DNA of 64,000 bases from an uncultured Methanoculleus sp. (GCA_964413225.1 CAYPRO010000001.1:143103-207102), one strand, 5' to 3'; counted from the first letter of the stretch, positions 9,307-21,116 are shown. Translations and numbers: made by a program. The notes: a model not told the origin generated them from the sequence alone.

Positions 9307-11576
9307 GCCGGCCCCCCATCCCCGTAGAGATCGGCCCTGACCCGCTGGATGACCGTTTCGGGGTCACGGAAGTAGGATACAAGGATCTTGCTCACGTCAC
9401 GGAAGTGGCGGATCCGCTTGATGCGCATCCATTCGAGCACCTCCTGCCGCCGTTTCAGCTCTTCGCGCATCCGCTCCTCGCTCCAGCCCCGGTCCTCCAT
9501 GATCTGCTCGAGGATGTAGGACTTTCCCGTGTAGCGGATCTCGTCGGTCGCCGGGTGCCACCGGAAGACCTCGTTCGTGATCAGCTCGTTCGTCCTCGGA
9601 TCGATATCCAGGATCTCGATGAGCTGTTTGTTGCGCCGGATCCGCTGCCCGCCCACCCGGGCCTGAACCTGGATGGAGACCAGGGAGAGAGCCGAGAGCA
9701 TATTCCTCGGCACGTCTATGGGCGGGTTCTCCAGGCGGTGGACGGCGCTCGCCACCGAGTCGGCGTGCATCGTTGCGTATGTGACATGCCCGGTGCTCAT
9801 CGCCTGAAAGAGGGTCAACGCCTCGCGGCCGCGGACCTCGCCGACCAATATGTACTCGGGGCGCTGCCGGAGGGCGGCGCGCAGGAGCTCGTACATGTCG
9901 ATCTCGCCCCGGCCGTCCTGAGAGAACGAGTCGCGGGTGATGCTCGGGATCCAGTTCGGGTGCGGAAGTTTCAGTTCGCGGGTATCCTCAAGCGTCACGA
10001 TCTTTGCAAGCGGCGGGATGAAGAGCGATATGGCATTCAGGGTCGTCGTCTTCCCCGATGCCGTCCCGCCGGCGAATATGCAGGATTTGGCGTTCTCGAC
10101 CGCGAGCCAGAGGAAGGCGATGCCAAGCGGCGAGAAGGTGTGCCACTCGATCAGATCCGTCGGCGTGATCGGTTCTTCGCGGAACTTGCGGATCGTGAAC
10201 GTCGATCCGTGGGCGGTCACCTCTGAACCGAGCGTCATCTGGATGCGCGACCCGTCAGACATCGTGGCATCAAGCATCGGTTCAGCGATCGATATGTATT
10301 TTCCGGCCCGCTGCGCAAGTTTCGTGACGAACGAGTCGAGTTCCCCGGCGTCATGGTAGGAGAGGCTCGTCTTCATCGACTCATACGTCGTGTGGTAGAC
10401 AAAGATCGGGCTCCCCACGCCGTCGCAGGATATATCCTCGATGTATTTGTCGTGCATTACAGAATCGATCAACCCGTCACCAAGAAACTCCTTCTCTACG
10501 TGATAGAGGATCTTCTCCCGCCCCGGCGGGAGGAGGCGGATACCATAGTCGGCTATGATCGTGTTTGCCGACTCCCGGAGCGCCTTCTTCGCCGCATCGC
10601 GGGTGAGGTCGCGGGTGGCGATGTTGAGTGTCTCAAAGAGGCGCTCCTTTATCTCTGTGAAAAGTTCCTGCTCGGCGGGCGTGAGAGCGGGCTCGATGAC
10701 GTGGTAGGTGTACTCGTGGGTTGCGCCGTCGTAGGTCACCCGGACGTAGGCATACGGCTCGTTCACCGGGTAGAGCTCGATCTCCTCCACCCCCGATCTC
10801 GGCCGCACCGAGAGATCGACAAGCGGCCCGTGAAGCGTGGGGGTGTAGTCCTCGATCGCCTCTCTGACGGCCGGGTGGAACCTTTTGAGGAACCGGAACC
10901 GGGGCTCTGCCTCCGGTTCTGCCGGAACCGCGACCTCGCCCGCTGTACGCGTGGCGGAGGAGAAGGCCCGGGCAAATTGGTCGTCGAACTCCGAGACGAC
11001 TCTAGCGTTGTCGACGAAGTCGAACCGGTGCTCGCCGCGGTTGATGCTCAACTCCTCGATCTCGAACGTTGCGCTCTTCGGGAGGATCAGATCCGCCAGG
11101 TTCCCAAGCTCCTCGACCGTCACCAGACCGGCATCCACCTCTTCGTCCGGTTCAGGTTCGTCGGGCTCGGACGTGCCAGCCTCCCTCCACCCCTTCATCC
11201 GGTTGAGTATACCGAAGGGGTCGGGGCGTTCCGGCACTGCAGGTTCCTCTTTTGCCGCTGGCGGAGGCTCCGTTCTGCCCCGTTCGATCCGATCGAGGAA
11301 CGCCCTGACTGGATCTTCTTCGCCGGCTGCGTCTCCGGGGCGGGCAAAAAGACGGATGCCCGCCCTCCCCGGCGCCGGCGAGGCCACCACTTCGCCGCCG
11401 GCATCCGGGACTGCTCCATCCGGAGCCTCCTCTTCGCCCGGCTGCATTGCCGGGACAGAACCCTGCGGCTCCGCCAGGGTATCTCCGTTGCCGGAGCCCG
11501 GGTTCACCCCGGGCCGTGTGAGAAGATTCCTGACCGCTGCTATCAAATCACGTTCTTCGTCCTCATTTGCTCGCAT
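9303..11576 (-). CDS. Type II/IV secretion ATPase (VirB11/ArlI/TadA family) with disordered acidic N-terminus
   Basis: GGTASGKTT Walker A, RAALRQRPEYILVGEVRG, STGH. Confidence 0.93.
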   Translation of the reverse strand: MRANEDEERDLIAAVRNLLTRPGVNPGSGNGDTLAEPQGSVPAMQPGEEEAPDGAVPDAGGEVVASPAPGRAGIRLFARPGDAAGEEDPVRAFLDRIERGRTEPPPAAKEEPAVPERPDPFGILNRMKGWREAGTSEPDEPEPDEEVDAGLVTVEELGNLADLILPKSATFEIEELSINRGEHRFDFVDNARVVSEFDDQFARAFSSATRTAGEVAVPAEPEAEPRFRFLKRFHPAVREAIEDYTPTLHGPLVDLSVRPRSGVEEIELYPVNEPYAYVRVTYDGATHEYTYHVIEPALTPAEQELFTEIKERLFETLNIATRDLTRDAAKKALRESANTIIADYGIRLLPPGREKILYHVEKEFLGDGLIDSVMHDKYIEDISCDGVGSPIFVYHTTYESMKTSLSYHDAGELDSFVTKLAQRAGKYISIAEPMLDATMSDGSRIQMTLGSEVTAHGSTFTIRKFREEPITPTDLIEWHTFSPLGIAFLWLAVENAKSCIFAGGTASGKTTTLNAISLFIPPLAKIVTLEDTRELKLPHPNWIPSITRDSFSQDGRGEIDMYELLRAALRQRPEYILVGEVRGREALTLFQAMSTGHVTYATMHADSVASAVHRLENPPIDVPRNMLSALSLVSIQVQARVGGQRIRRNKQLIEILDIDPRTNELITNEVFRWHPATDEIRYTGKSYILEQIMEDRGWSEERMREELKRRQEVLEWMRIKRIRHFRDVSKILVSYFRDPETVIQRVRADLYGDGGPA

Positions 11577-12201
11577 CCTCTGTGCCCCCAATATCTACGC
11601 ACGTCACTACCTGAGGTTCATGGAATTCGACGATGCACCGTGTCCGCTCACCGGTCCTATCCGAGACCACGCAGATGTAGCGCCCGTTCAGCAGACGGAA
11701 ACAGACCCGCCCCCGGGAGTCCGTCACATCGCTCGTGATGACAAGTTTTCCCTTCCGTATCGAGACGTGAGCCCCGGCAAGGGGCGCATGGCTATCCTGC
11801 ACGGTCAGGCAGAGCACCCCCACCCGTTGCCGGTCAGGGGCGCCGATCGTCGGGATCTCAAGGCGACCACCCTTCTTCAGGTGGCTCTTATCAAAGACCC
11901 TGCACCGTGCCGTCAAAGCATCGGCGACCGGCGGTGCCGTATGGTAGAGGTCGAACTCCTCCCCCCGGGTCAGGTGCAGGACCGCTGTATCGCCAAAGAG
12001 CGTCCCCTTCCCGTCGACAAATATGGCGCCGTCCGGTTCGCCCCCGCGGAGAACAAGATAGAATACATGTGCCTGCTCTTTTGACACACCTATCCCGGTC
12101 AGGGATCGAGCGGCGCTGTGGTGCAGCAGTTCATCAAGAGTAAAGCACCCCTCGTACGCCGATTGCAGGAGGATCTCATCCATCAGGCCGTTTATGTCCA
12201 T
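11563..12201 (-). CDS. Hypothetical protein with C-terminal carboxypeptidase-regulatory-like (Ig-like) domain
   Basis: PLAGAHVSI, TDSRGRVCFRLLNGRY; first gene of the pilus operon. Confidence 0.6.
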   Translation of the reverse strand: MDINGLMDEILLQSAYEGCFTLDELLHHSAARSLTGIGVSKEQAHVFYLVLRGGEPDGAIFVDGKGTLFGDTAVLHLTRGEEFDLYHTAPPVADALTARCRVFDKSHLKKGGRLEIPTIGAPDRQRVGVLCLTVQDSHAPLAGAHVSIRKGKLVITSDVTDSRGRVCFRLLNGRYICVVSDRTGERTRCIVEFHEPQVVTCVDIGGTEDASK

Positions 12202-12536
12202 GCAGATCTTCAGGTATGATTATTGTTTTTTTTATGACGGAAAGGGGAGTTTACTCCCCCTGCCACAGTATACCACATCACTATTCTATTATTAATACCT
12301 TGCGATGGCCCGATCCTGATTCAGGAAGATGCCCCGATGAAAGTGTTCGATCAGAAAAGCCCAAAAAAGCCGTTTCCTGACGAAGATTACCCCCGGCCCC
12401 GGGAGAACCGCGGCCAAAAGGGCAGGGCTCCCGGAGACGGCATAGCCATATAGGGTCTTGCCGTCGTTTCGGCGGGTCCGTCCGGCAGAGAGAATCGCCA
12501 GAAATAAGATATGAGAGGTGAATACCATACCTGCCC

Positions 12537-13340
12537 ATGACACTTCTGCCTGTGGCATCCGTCCCGCTCGTGATTGCAGCGGCCGCAATCGGAGTCACGC
12601 TCATATACGCCTCGATCCTCGACGCAAAGGAGCGGCGGGTGCCCCACAGGACATGGCGCCCCGCGCTCATAGTCGCGATCCCGGCAGCCGCCTGGGTCTA
12701 CGGGCTGGCCATCCTCGCAGATTGGAGGATAGCCGCAGGATACATCGCTCTCGCCGCGATCTTCTGCGGGTTCTTTTATTTCTTCCAGTCTGTAAACCTG
12801 TTTGGAGGAGCGGATGCGTATGCCCTCATCATCATCACCGCATGCATGCCGTTCTTCCCGATGGAGCCGTACTTTGGCATTCCCCTCCACGGGTTCTTTC
12901 CGTTCACCGTGCTGACGAACGCCGTGCTGATCAACATAGCCGCACCTGTTGCAATATTCGCAAAGAACCTCCTTGAGGGAAACCAGGCCCCGCTGCCCTG
13001 CCTCTTCCTCGGCTTTCCCGTCGACGGGAAGACGATCCAGAACGAGTTTGGTTTTGTCATGGAAGATATCGATGAGGAGGATGGGAGAATAGTCAGGCGG
13101 TTCGTCGGGTTTGCCGGGTCACTTGGGCGCATCGTGCGGGGGGAGCGGCGTATCTACACAAAAGACCTCAGGCTGCACCCCGAGGAGCACGAGAGGGAGC
13201 TCGCCCTCTACCGGAAGGCCGGCAGGGTCTGGATATCCTACGGCATTCCGTTCATCATACCTATCACGGCGGGCTTTTTAACGGCACTTTTCATCGGAGA
13301 TGCCTTCTCTATCATCATAACAACCTTTGCAGGAATGTGA
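12537..13340 (+). CDS. Prepilin/preflagellin peptidase, A24 family (FlaK/PibD-like)
   Basis: YASILDAKERRV, FGGAD, VWISYGIPFIIP. Confidence 0.9.
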   Translation: MTLLPVASVPLVIAAAAIGVTLIYASILDAKERRVPHRTWRPALIVAIPAAAWVYGLAILADWRIAAGYIALAAIFCGFFYFFQSVNLFGGADAYALIIITACMPFFPMEPYFGIPLHGFFPFTVLTNAVLINIAAPVAIFAKNLLEGNQAPLPCLFLGFPVDGKTIQNEFGFVMEDIDEEDGRIVRRFVGFAGSLGRIVRGERRIYTKDLRLHPEEHERELALYRKAGRVWISYGIPFIIPITAGFLTALFIGDAFSIIITTFAGM

Positions 13341-13346
13341 ACCAAT

Positions 13347-13715
13347 ATGGAGATACAGTTCAACGATAACGGATTGGTGCCTGTCATCGTACAGGAGAGG
13401 CGGACCCGCGAGGTCCTGATGCTCGCCTACGCGAATGCCGCGGCACTGGAACTCACCCGGACCACCGGGTATGCGCATTATTACAGCAGGAGCCGGCGGA
13501 AACTCTGGAAGAAAGGAGAAGAGAGCGGGCACGTCCAGCGGGTCTGCCGCATACTCGTCGATTGCGATGCAGATGCGATCCTCTACGAGGTGGAACAGGC
13601 CGGTGCCGCCTGCCATACCGGCCACGCCTCGTGCTTCTACAGGACGGCAGATGGAGAGGAGATCGCTGGAATCGTCTTCGATCCGGAGAAGGTATACGCT
13701 AATAAGGGTGAATGA
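13347..13715 (+). CDS. hisI: Phosphoribosyl-AMP cyclohydrolase
   Basis: [30 protein letters not shown]. Confidence 0.96.
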   Translation: MEIQFNDNGLVPVIVQERRTREVLMLAYANAAALELTRTTGYAHYYSRSRRKLWKKGEESGHVQRVCRILVDCDADAILYEVEQAGAACHTGHASCFYRTADGEEIAGIVFDPEKVYANKGE

Positions 13716-13738
13716 CCTCATAATTATGGTGATTTTTT

Positions 13739-15628
13739 ATGAAAATTGTACCCGATACCAGCGTCGTGATAGACGGGCGCATAACATCCCTGATAAAAAC
13801 AGGAGAATATAAAGGCGCAACAATAATCATACCGGAAGCAGTCGTCGCCGAACTGGAGGCGCAGGCTAACCAGGGACGGGAGATAGGATTCTCCGGCCTG
13901 ACCGAACTCCAGGAACTCTTCAGGATGTCGACGGACTCTATCATCGAGCTCCAGTTCTCCGGGGAACGCCCAAGCCTCGACCAGGTGAAACTCTCAAGCG
14001 GCGGCGAGATCGATGCCCTGATCCGGAACGTAGCGATCGTGCATGACGCCCGGTTCATAACAAGCGACCTCGTGCAGGCCGAGGTGGCAAAGGCAAAGGG
14101 GCTCGACGTCGTCTACCTCCGGCCGCAGATAGGCGATTTCTCGCCGCTCTCGATCGATCAGTTCTTCGATGAGGAGACGGTCGCGGTCACCTTAAAGGAG
14201 CGGGCCCTTCCGGTTGCAAAGATAGGGGGGCTCCTCAACACAAGGCTCGTCACCCTTCGCGATACGCCGATGAACGAGTACGAGCTCAAAACGATGGCGC
14301 AGGAACTCCTCGAGCGGGCAAAACGCGACCCTGACGGGTTCATCGAGCTTGAGAAACGCGGGATAACGGTCGTTCAGATAGGGTCGCTCCGCATATCGAT
14401 TGCCCGGCGGCCATTCTCAGACGGTATGGAGATCACGGTGGTGCGGCCGCTTGTGGATCTCTCTCTTGACGATTACGGCATGGCGCCAGAGATCAGGCAG
14501 AGGCTCCTTGGGAACCGTCGGGGCATCCTGATCGCCGGCCCCCCGGGCGCGGGGAAGACCACGCTTGCCCAGAGCCTTGCGACGTTCCTTGCCGATCATG
14601 ACTTCATCGTAAAGACGATGGAGGCGCCGCGGGACCTGCAGGTGCCCGACCACATCACCCAATATACAGCTCTTGAGGGGAGCATGACGAACACTGCCGA
14701 AGCCCTCCTGCTCGTCCGGCCCGACTACGTGATATTCGATGAGATCCGGAAGAACGAGGACTTCGCCGTCTATGCCGATATGCGTCTTGCCGGGATGGGT
14801 ATGGTCGGCGTGGTGCATGCCATGGAGGTGCATGACTGCCTCCAGCGGTTCTGCGGCCGCGTGGACTACAGCATCCTGCCGCAGATCATCAACACCATCA
14901 TATTTGTCGCCCAGGGAGCTATCACGAAGGTCTACGACCTTGAGTTGACGATCAAGGCCCCGGAGGGTATGCCCGGAGAGACGCACATCCGCCCGGTGAT
15001 CGTCGTCCGCGACCACACCCGGCAGGAGCCCGCGATCGAGATCTTCCGCTACGAGGGCGAGACCCTTGTGATGCCGCTCCAGAGGGAGACAGCAGAGCCG
15101 CCCGCCACCGCCACCCCGGAACCGGCCGCCGCCGCAGCAGTACCCGAACCGGAAGAGAATGTCTCCTGGAAGGTTGCGGAAAAGGAGGTCCAGAGGGAGA
15201 TCGGGCGCTACACGAACGGCCCGGTCGAGGTCCGGATCCTCAGCGACAACAAGGCTGTCGTCTACATAGATGATAAGGATGTCCCGGCGGCGATCGGGAA
15301 GGGCGGCAAGAACGTCTCGGCGATCGTGAACAAGCTCGGCATCGGGATCGATATCCGGCCACGAAGCGAGCTTGAGGCAAAGAAGCCCGCTGAAGAGGAG
15401 ATGCAGATTGCCGGCGGCATAAGGATCCGCATCGACAAGAAACAGCTGACCATCATCTCCCCCGAGAACAAGGGCAAGATAGTCGATGTCTTTGCCGGGA
15501 AGGAGTACCTCTTCACGGCTACGGTGAACGAGGAGGGGGATATCCTCCTTGCGAAGAACAGCACGATTGCCCAGGAGATGATCAAACGCTACAACGAGGG
15601 GGAGACGATCCGGCTGCGGCCGGTGTGA
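13739..15628 (+). CDS. PIN-domain ATPase with KH domain (PINA family)
   Basis: PDTSVVIDG PIN domain, GPPGAGKTT, IGKGGKN KH motif. Confidence 0.92.
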   Translation: MKIVPDTSVVIDGRITSLIKTGEYKGATIIIPEAVVAELEAQANQGREIGFSGLTELQELFRMSTDSIIELQFSGERPSLDQVKLSSGGEIDALIRNVAIVHDARFITSDLVQAEVAKAKGLDVVYLRPQIGDFSPLSIDQFFDEETVAVTLKERALPVAKIGGLLNTRLVTLRDTPMNEYELKTMAQELLERAKRDPDGFIELEKRGITVVQIGSLRISIARRPFSDGMEITVVRPLVDLSLDDYGMAPEIRQRLLGNRRGILIAGPPGAGKTTLAQSLATFLADHDFIVKTMEAPRDLQVPDHITQYTALEGSMTNTAEALLLVRPDYVIFDEIRKNEDFAVYADMRLAGMGMVGVVHAMEVHDCLQRFCGRVDYSILPQIINTIIFVAQGAITKVYDLELTIKAPEGMPGETHIRPVIVVRDHTRQEPAIEIFRYEGETLVMPLQRETAEPPATATPEPAAAAAVPEPEENVSWKVAEKEVQREIGRYTNGPVEVRILSDNKAVVYIDDKDVPAAIGKGGKNVSAIVNKLGIGIDIRPRSELEAKKPAEEEMQIAGGIRIRIDKKQLTIISPENKGKIVDVFAGKEYLFTATVNEEGDILLAKNSTIAQEMIKRYNEGETIRLRPV

Positions 15629-15671
15629 GGGGGAGTGAGATGACGAATGACCCAGGATCTGGAGGCTTATA

Positions 15672-18452
15672 GTGAGCGGATTAGATATGCGAAGCAATGA
15701 GCGGGAGTGCATCGCCCGGTGGGAACACGCGTTCGAGGCCGATCCGGCGACAGAGAAGGAGAAGTACTACCTGACCGTGGCATACCCGTACCCAAGCGGG
15801 GCGATGCATGTCGGGCACGGGAGGACCTACATCGTTCCGGACGTCATCGCCCGGTACCGGAGGATGGCGGGGAGGCAGGTCCTCTTCCCGATGGCGTTTC
15901 ACGTCACCGGCACCCCGGTCATCGGTATATCCAAACGGATTGCAAACGGTGATGGAAAGACGATCGGTCTCTACCGCGACCTCTACCGGGTGCCGCAGGA
16001 TATACTTGACCGGTTCATCAACCCGATGGAGATCGTCCGCTACTTCTCAGAGGAGTACCGGCGGGTGATGCAGAAGTCAGGGCTCTCTATCGACTGGCGG
16101 CGCCGGTTCACCACCGTCGATCCCCAGTACAGCAGGTTCATCGAGTGGCAGTACGCACACCTGCACGAGGAGGAGCATGTCGTCAGGGGCGCTCACCCGG
16201 TCAAGTACTGTCCTCAGTGCGAGAACCCGGTCGGCGACCACGACCTCCTCGAGGGGGACAAGGCCGAGATCATCCGGTTCACCCTCGTGGTCTTCCGGTG
16301 GGGCGATGCCCGGGTTCCGTGCGCGACCCTCCGGCCCGAGACGATCCACGGCGTGACGAACCTCTGGGTGAACCCGGCCGTCACATACGTGCGGGCTATG
16401 ATCGATGGCAGGGAGTGGATAGTAAGCCCTGAGGCGGCGGCGAAGCTTGCCCTGCAGGATCACACCGTCACCGTGACGGAGAAGGTCCCTGGGACGGCGC
16501 TCATCGACCAGACGGTCACCCACCCGCTCTCAGGCAACGTCCCCGTCCTCCCGGCTACGTTTGTGGATCCGGATATGGGGACGGGGATCGTCATGAGCGT
16601 TCCCGCCCACGCGCCCTTCGATTACATAGCTCTCCGTGACCTGCAGGAGCAGGGGAAGTACACGTCCATAGAGCCCGTCCCGCTAATATCCGTCGAGGGC
16701 TACGGCGATATACCGGCAAAGGATGCGGTCGAACGCTCAGGCATCCGCGACCAGAACGATCCCGGCATGGAGGCGCTTACCCAGGAGGTCTACAGCGCGG
16801 AGTTCTCCCGCGGGAAGGTCTTTGAGAAGTATGGCGGGAGATCGGTGCGGGAGGCGCGCGACGATGTGGCGGCGCTTATGATGGAGCGCTACGACTCGAT
16901 CCCGATGTACGACTTCGATAACCGCCTGGTGATCTGTCGGTGCGGCGGCAGGGTCTTTGTGAAGATCCTCCACGACCAGTGGTTCCTGGAGTACAGCGAC
17001 CCGTGCTGGAAGGAGCAGGTCAAGACCCAGCTTGAGGGAATGGCGCTCGTTCCCCCCGAGGTCAGGACCGAGTTCGTCCGGACGGTCGACTGGCTGAAGG
17101 ACTGGGCCTGCACGCGAAGGGTGGGACTTGGCACGAAACTCCCCTGGGATCCGACGTGGATCATAGAGCCGCTCTCGGACTCGACGATCTACATGGCCTA
17201 CTACACGATCGCCCACCACCTGAAAGCCATCCCGCCGGAGAAACTGACACGTGCGGTCTTTGACTACATATTCTTCGGGGAGGGCTCCCCTGATACCGTT
17301 GAACGGGAGACCCTCGACCGTGTCAGGGCTGAGTTCCTCTACTGGTACCCCTACAACCACCGGTTCTCGGCAAAAGACCTCATATCAAACCACCTCACGT
17401 TCCAGCTCTTCCACCACCGGGCGATCTTCCCGCCGGACCTGCAGCCCCTGGGCATGGTGGTCTTTGGCATGGGCCTCCTGAACGGGGCGAAGATGTCCTC
17501 AAGCAAAGGGAACGTCTTCCTGCTTGAGGATGCCCTCGAGGAGTTCGGCGCCGATACCGTCAGGATGTTCCTTGTCGGGAGCGCCGAGCCCTGGCAGGAC
17601 TTCGACTGGAGGAACGAGCTCGTCTCGTCGACCAAAAAGCAGATCGAGCGGTTCTGGAACACGGTCACCGAGGCAGGGTCTGCGGAAGGGACCACGCCCA
17701 TCGATGCCTGGCTTGCAAGCCGGCTCCAGCGCCGTATCGAGGGCGTCACAACGGCGCTTGAGGGGTTCCAGACCCGGCAGGCTCTCCAGGAGGCGTTCTT
17801 CGGCGTGGAGGCCGACCTGAAGTGGTACCGCCGCCGGCTGCCGGAGGGTGCCAGTGGTGGGGAGGTGCTGCAGGACCTCTGCCGCACGTGGGTACGCCTT
17901 CTTGCCCCCTTCATCCCCTTCACCTGCGAGGCGCTCTGGAGCGATCTCGGCGAGAAGGATATGGTCTCGTTTGCCCCCTGGCCGGAGACGGACGAGAGCC
18001 GGATCGACCCGGGAGTCGAACTTGCCGAGGAGTTCCTCGCGCGGACGGTCGAGGATATCGAGTCGATCTTACGGCTCATACCGATGGAGGCCAGATCCAT
18101 CAGCCTCTTCGTCGCCCCGGCCTGGAAGTACGAGGCGTTCCGGATCATCGCTGAGGCTGCGGATAAGACGAGGGTGGTGCGGGATATCATGCAGGATGAA
18201 GGTATGCGGAGGCGCGGGCGCGAGGCAACGGATGCGGCAAAGCAGATCACGAAGCTCGCCCTGAAGCTGCCGCCCGATATTGTGAAGCAGCTTGCGGCGT
18301 CGCCCCTCGACGAGCAGGCGGTCCTTGAGGGCGCACGGTCATTCCTGGAGCATGAGTTCGGCGTGCCGGTGTCGGTCAAAGATGCCGGGGAGAGCACTCA
18401 CCCGAAGGCTGCGGCGGCCCTGCCTTTCAAGCCGGCGATCATGATCGAGTGA
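15672..18452 (+). CDS. leuS: Leucine--tRNA ligase, archaeal type
   Basis: [27 protein letters not shown] editing motif, KMSSSKGN. Confidence 0.97.
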   Translation: MSGLDMRSNERECIARWEHAFEADPATEKEKYYLTVAYPYPSGAMHVGHGRTYIVPDVIARYRRMAGRQVLFPMAFHVTGTPVIGISKRIANGDGKTIGLYRDLYRVPQDILDRFINPMEIVRYFSEEYRRVMQKSGLSIDWRRRFTTVDPQYSRFIEWQYAHLHEEEHVVRGAHPVKYCPQCENPVGDHDLLEGDKAEIIRFTLVVFRWGDARVPCATLRPETIHGVTNLWVNPAVTYVRAMIDGREWIVSPEAAAKLALQDHTVTVTEKVPGTALIDQTVTHPLSGNVPVLPATFVDPDMGTGIVMSVPAHAPFDYIALRDLQEQGKYTSIEPVPLISVEGYGDIPAKDAVERSGIRDQNDPGMEALTQEVYSAEFSRGKVFEKYGGRSVREARDDVAALMMERYDSIPMYDFDNRLVICRCGGRVFVKILHDQWFLEYSDPCWKEQVKTQLEGMALVPPEVRTEFVRTVDWLKDWACTRRVGLGTKLPWDPTWIIEPLSDSTIYMAYYTIAHHLKAIPPEKLTRAVFDYIFFGEGSPDTVERETLDRVRAEFLYWYPYNHRFSAKDLISNHLTFQLFHHRAIFPPDLQPLGMVVFGMGLLNGAKMSSSKGNVFLLEDALEEFGADTVRMFLVGSAEPWQDFDWRNELVSSTKKQIERFWNTVTEAGSAEGTTPIDAWLASRLQRRIEGVTTALEGFQTRQALQEAFFGVEADLKWYRRRLPEGASGGEVLQDLCRTWVRLLAPFIPFTCEALWSDLGEKDMVSFAPWPETDESRIDPGVELAEEFLARTVEDIESILRLIPMEARSISLFVAPAWKYEAFRIIAEAADKTRVVRDIMQDEGMRRRGREATDAAKQITKLALKLPPDIVKQLAASPLDEQAVLEGARSFLEHEFGVPVSVKDAGESTHPKAAAALPFKPAIMIE

Positions 18453-18640
18453 TAATTCCCTCCCTTTTTAGATATTGCAAGCCGTAAGGGTTTTTCCTGC
18501 TGTTGACCCGGGCCTCATATACAACTATGGGTGCGTCGGTCCTCCACATCTGCGGACGGCTCACGGGAGCCCGGGGGAAGGCGATGGATAGATATTTGGC
18601 CCTCTCGTGCCGACAGAAAGAACGAGAGGGGTGTGCAGAG

Positions 18641-18892
18641 GTGATTGAGTCACGGTGTGGTATACTCTGCGGCGAGTGCGAGTACAGGGCATTGATGGGT
18701 TGCCGGGGGTGCATGGCGATCGAGGGGCCGTTCTGGGGCGAAACCTGCCCGTTGAAGGCCTGCTGTGAGGGAAAAAGGCTTGAAAACTGCGGCCGGTGCG
18801 ATGAATTTCCCTGTGGGCTGCTCGTGCAGTTTGCGTTCGACGAGAACCAGGGCGATGGGGGGAGACGGATCGAGCAGTGCAGGGTCTGGTGA
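18641..18892 (+). CDS. DUF3795-like Cys-rich protein
   Basis: SRCGILCGEC, CRGC, CPLKACC, CGRCDEFPC; GTG start after GAG. Confidence 0.8.
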   Translation: MIESRCGILCGECEYRALMGCRGCMAIEGPFWGETCPLKACCEGKRLENCGRCDEFPCGLLVQFAFDENQGDGGRRIEQCRVW

Positions 18893-18897
18893 GGCGT

Positions 18898-19224
18898 ATG
18901 TCGTCGAGTCCGGAGTTTGCAGAGTTCGTAGCCGGGCAGCTTGCCGGTGCAGGGGATATAACGTATCGGAAGATGTTTGGGGAGTACGGATTCTATTGCG
19001 ACGGGAAGTTCTTTGGCTGCGTCTCCGACAACCAGTTCTTCGTAAAGATAACCGAACCGGGAAAGGAGTTCATGCCGGATGGCGAGACTGCGCCGCCTTA
19101 CCCGGGCGCAAGGCCGTACTTCCTGATCAGCGATCTGGATGATGCGGAGTTTTTGGGGGAACTGACGCGGATAACCTGTGCCGCGCTCCCGGCGCAGAAA
19201 CCCCGGAGGAAGGAGGTGCGGTGA
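18898..19224 (+). CDS. TfoX/Sxy N-terminal domain protein
   Basis: ITYRKMFGEYGFYCDGKFF, PPYPGARPYF. Confidence 0.88.
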   Translation: MSSSPEFAEFVAGQLAGAGDITYRKMFGEYGFYCDGKFFGCVSDNQFFVKITEPGKEFMPDGETAPPYPGARPYFLISDLDDAEFLGELTRITCAALPAQKPRRKEVR

Positions 19225-19439
19225 ATCAAGAGGAGGAGTACCTAAAAAGCGTCCGTGGGTCACCCGCTCCGGGTGCGGGACTTTTACCTGTATGATATGG
19301 CCTTCCCCCTCCGGAGGAGTGCCGCCTACCGGAGAAGCCAATCACCTGTTCCTCCCGGGCATGGTGCTTTGCCCTGCAAAAGGCTGATACGAGGTAAGCG
19401 CCATACCAACCAGTAGAGCTATGGTCCGAGGGTAGAGTG

Positions 19440-19766
19440 ATGGGACGCACGGTAACCAGAGCAGCGCGGGAGACGATCGTTTCGATACTCACCAGAAATG
19501 ATGCCGGGTGGATCGCGATCTTCGGCTCCTATGCACGGGGATCCGCCGGCCCGGCGAGCGACATCGATATCCTGGTCCGGTTTACCCGTAAAAAAAGCCT
19601 CTTTTCGCTCGTGCGGATCGAGGATGAGCTTGCCCGGGCGCTCGGCGTGAAGGTGGATCTCGTCACCGAGAACGCTGTGAGCCCCTACCTTACCGATGTA
19701 ATCTACCGTGATGCCGTGGTGATCTATGACGCCGGAGGATCTCGCATACCTCCATCACATCCTTGA
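19440..19766 (+). CDS. Minimal nucleotidyltransferase antitoxin (MntA-like)
   Basis: IFGSYARG..SDIDILV, VDLVT. Confidence 0.9.
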   Translation: MGRTVTRAARETIVSILTRNDAGWIAIFGSYARGSAGPASDIDILVRFTRKKSLFSLVRIEDELARALGVKVDLVTENAVSPYLTDVIYRDAVVIYDAGGSRIPPSHP

Positions 19767-20063
19767 TGCCATCGAGAGCATCGAGGAGTTTTCCAAAGGC
19801 ATCGGCTCAGCGGAGGAGCTCCGGAACCGCAGGCTGGAGCGCGCCGAGATCTGACCGTTATCGGCGAAGCGGCAAAGATGGTGTCGCCAGCGTTACGCGC
19901 CGAATACCCGGGCATTCCCTGGAGAGAGGTTGCGGGGATGCGGGATAGGATCGTTCACCATTATTTCGGCGTGGATTACGAGGCGGTGTTCCTGACGGTG
20001 AACGACGATCTTCCGGCGCTTAAATTGGGGGTCCGGTCTATCCTGGACGATGCCGGCCGTTAG
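19726..20063 (+). pseudogene. HepT/DUF86 HEPN toxin, frameshifted
   Basis: MTPEDLAYLHHILDAIESI... stops at 19852-19854; continues in another frame as LTVIGEAAK...PWREVAGMRDRIVHHYFGVD. Confidence 0.88.
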
Positions 20064-20231
20064 ATCCGCCCCTTTCTCTCTCAACCCTGCCCGGGAACAG
20101 GGGTGTGATCAGGGCGGTTTCTGCATGAGGGTCGATGGTTTTTTAGTGGGAGGAGTTCTGCCGGGCGTAGATGAGGGTGATGCCGGGTCTTCTCCGGCGG
20201 AGGCCATCGCGGAGATGTTGCCCCGCAATCT

Positions 20232-20330
20232 TTATTCTCGCTCAAATTCTGCAGATCCAAACCCGAGAAGAGCGCTGTTCTCCCGGATAGCCCGTTGCAG
20301 GTTCTCGTCAAACCCGCCTGTATCCTCTGC
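20232..20330 (-). pseudogene. Probable C-terminal remnant of a DUF499-family ATPase
   Basis: GFDENLQRAIRENSALLGFGSAEFERE* resembles DUF499 C-termini as I recall them; upstream sequence does not match. Confidence 0.5.
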
Positions 20331-20517
20331 GCTGCCCCTCGACCCCCGGGATACCCGAACGCTGAAGTTGAATCCTATCGCCGCTTTGGTGCCGGTGAAT
20401 GAACGCACTATGAACGTGTTCAATGCCTTTCACAGGCCATGCCACCACCTCTAACACAGGAAGCCCTCCCGCCGCCGGCTCCTCACGAAAAGGGCGAACA
20501 CTCACCCATCATCCCAT

Positions 20518-20639
20518 CCCCCCGCTGCAACTACCAAGGCGCACCCGCGTCGTTCATCCATCCACACTTTATCCACCCCCCGCTGCAACTACCAAGGCGC
20601 ACCCGCGTCGTTCATCTATCCACACTTTATCCACCCCCC
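20518..20639 (+). repeat. 58 bp tandem duplication containing ATCCACACTTTATCCAC
   Basis: GCTGCAACT starts at 20524 and 20582; one mismatch between units. Confidence 0.9.
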
Positions 20640-21116
20640 GCCCCACTCCCATTTCCCGGGCCATGGCACCCCCAATTTCCCAAAATCTCCCTAAAAATCC
20701 ACACCAGATGGTGGTTATTTCTGAACGATGGATCGTTTCTTCCTCTTCGGCAACCTCCTCAATCCCTTCGCCGCACCCATGATACTGAGGAGCTGGAGCC
20801 CTCTGCTCCTATCGTGACCGTGGCGGAACCGGGTACGGCACCTGCCGGGTTCTTCGCACGGGGCTCCACCGAAGGGAAGGTACAGGTCTCAAGGATGGAT
20901 CGAATGTGATCCAGAATGTGACAATCACATTCCTGCCACATTTTCTAAACATAATGTGCTCATATTGTGAGATCATCATTTCAGCCAACACCATCCCCGC
21001 CTGGGTTCATCCGCCTTCACCCTGAGAAGCGAACTAAATCCGATTCCTCCGATATCCTTGATAGAATTTGTGCTGAATGTTCCGCTACTCAGGGATCTGG
21101 GAGGCGATCCCGAACA

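Noticed and set aside
7335..13340. Pilus locus as an archaellum or conjugation system
   Set aside because: No arlB/arlH or VirB4/relaxase; an ordinary archaeal type IV pilus assembly set.
5133..19341. Long antisense or alternate-frame ORFs (e.g. 5133-6419, 10353-11738, 14417-15712, 17351-18397, 18439-19341)
   Set aside because: Shadows of GC-rich genes; no motifs and they overlap well-supported CDSs.
20518..20639. Possible CRISPR array
   Set aside because: Only two adjacent 58 bp units with no unique spacers and no cas genes; a tandem duplication.
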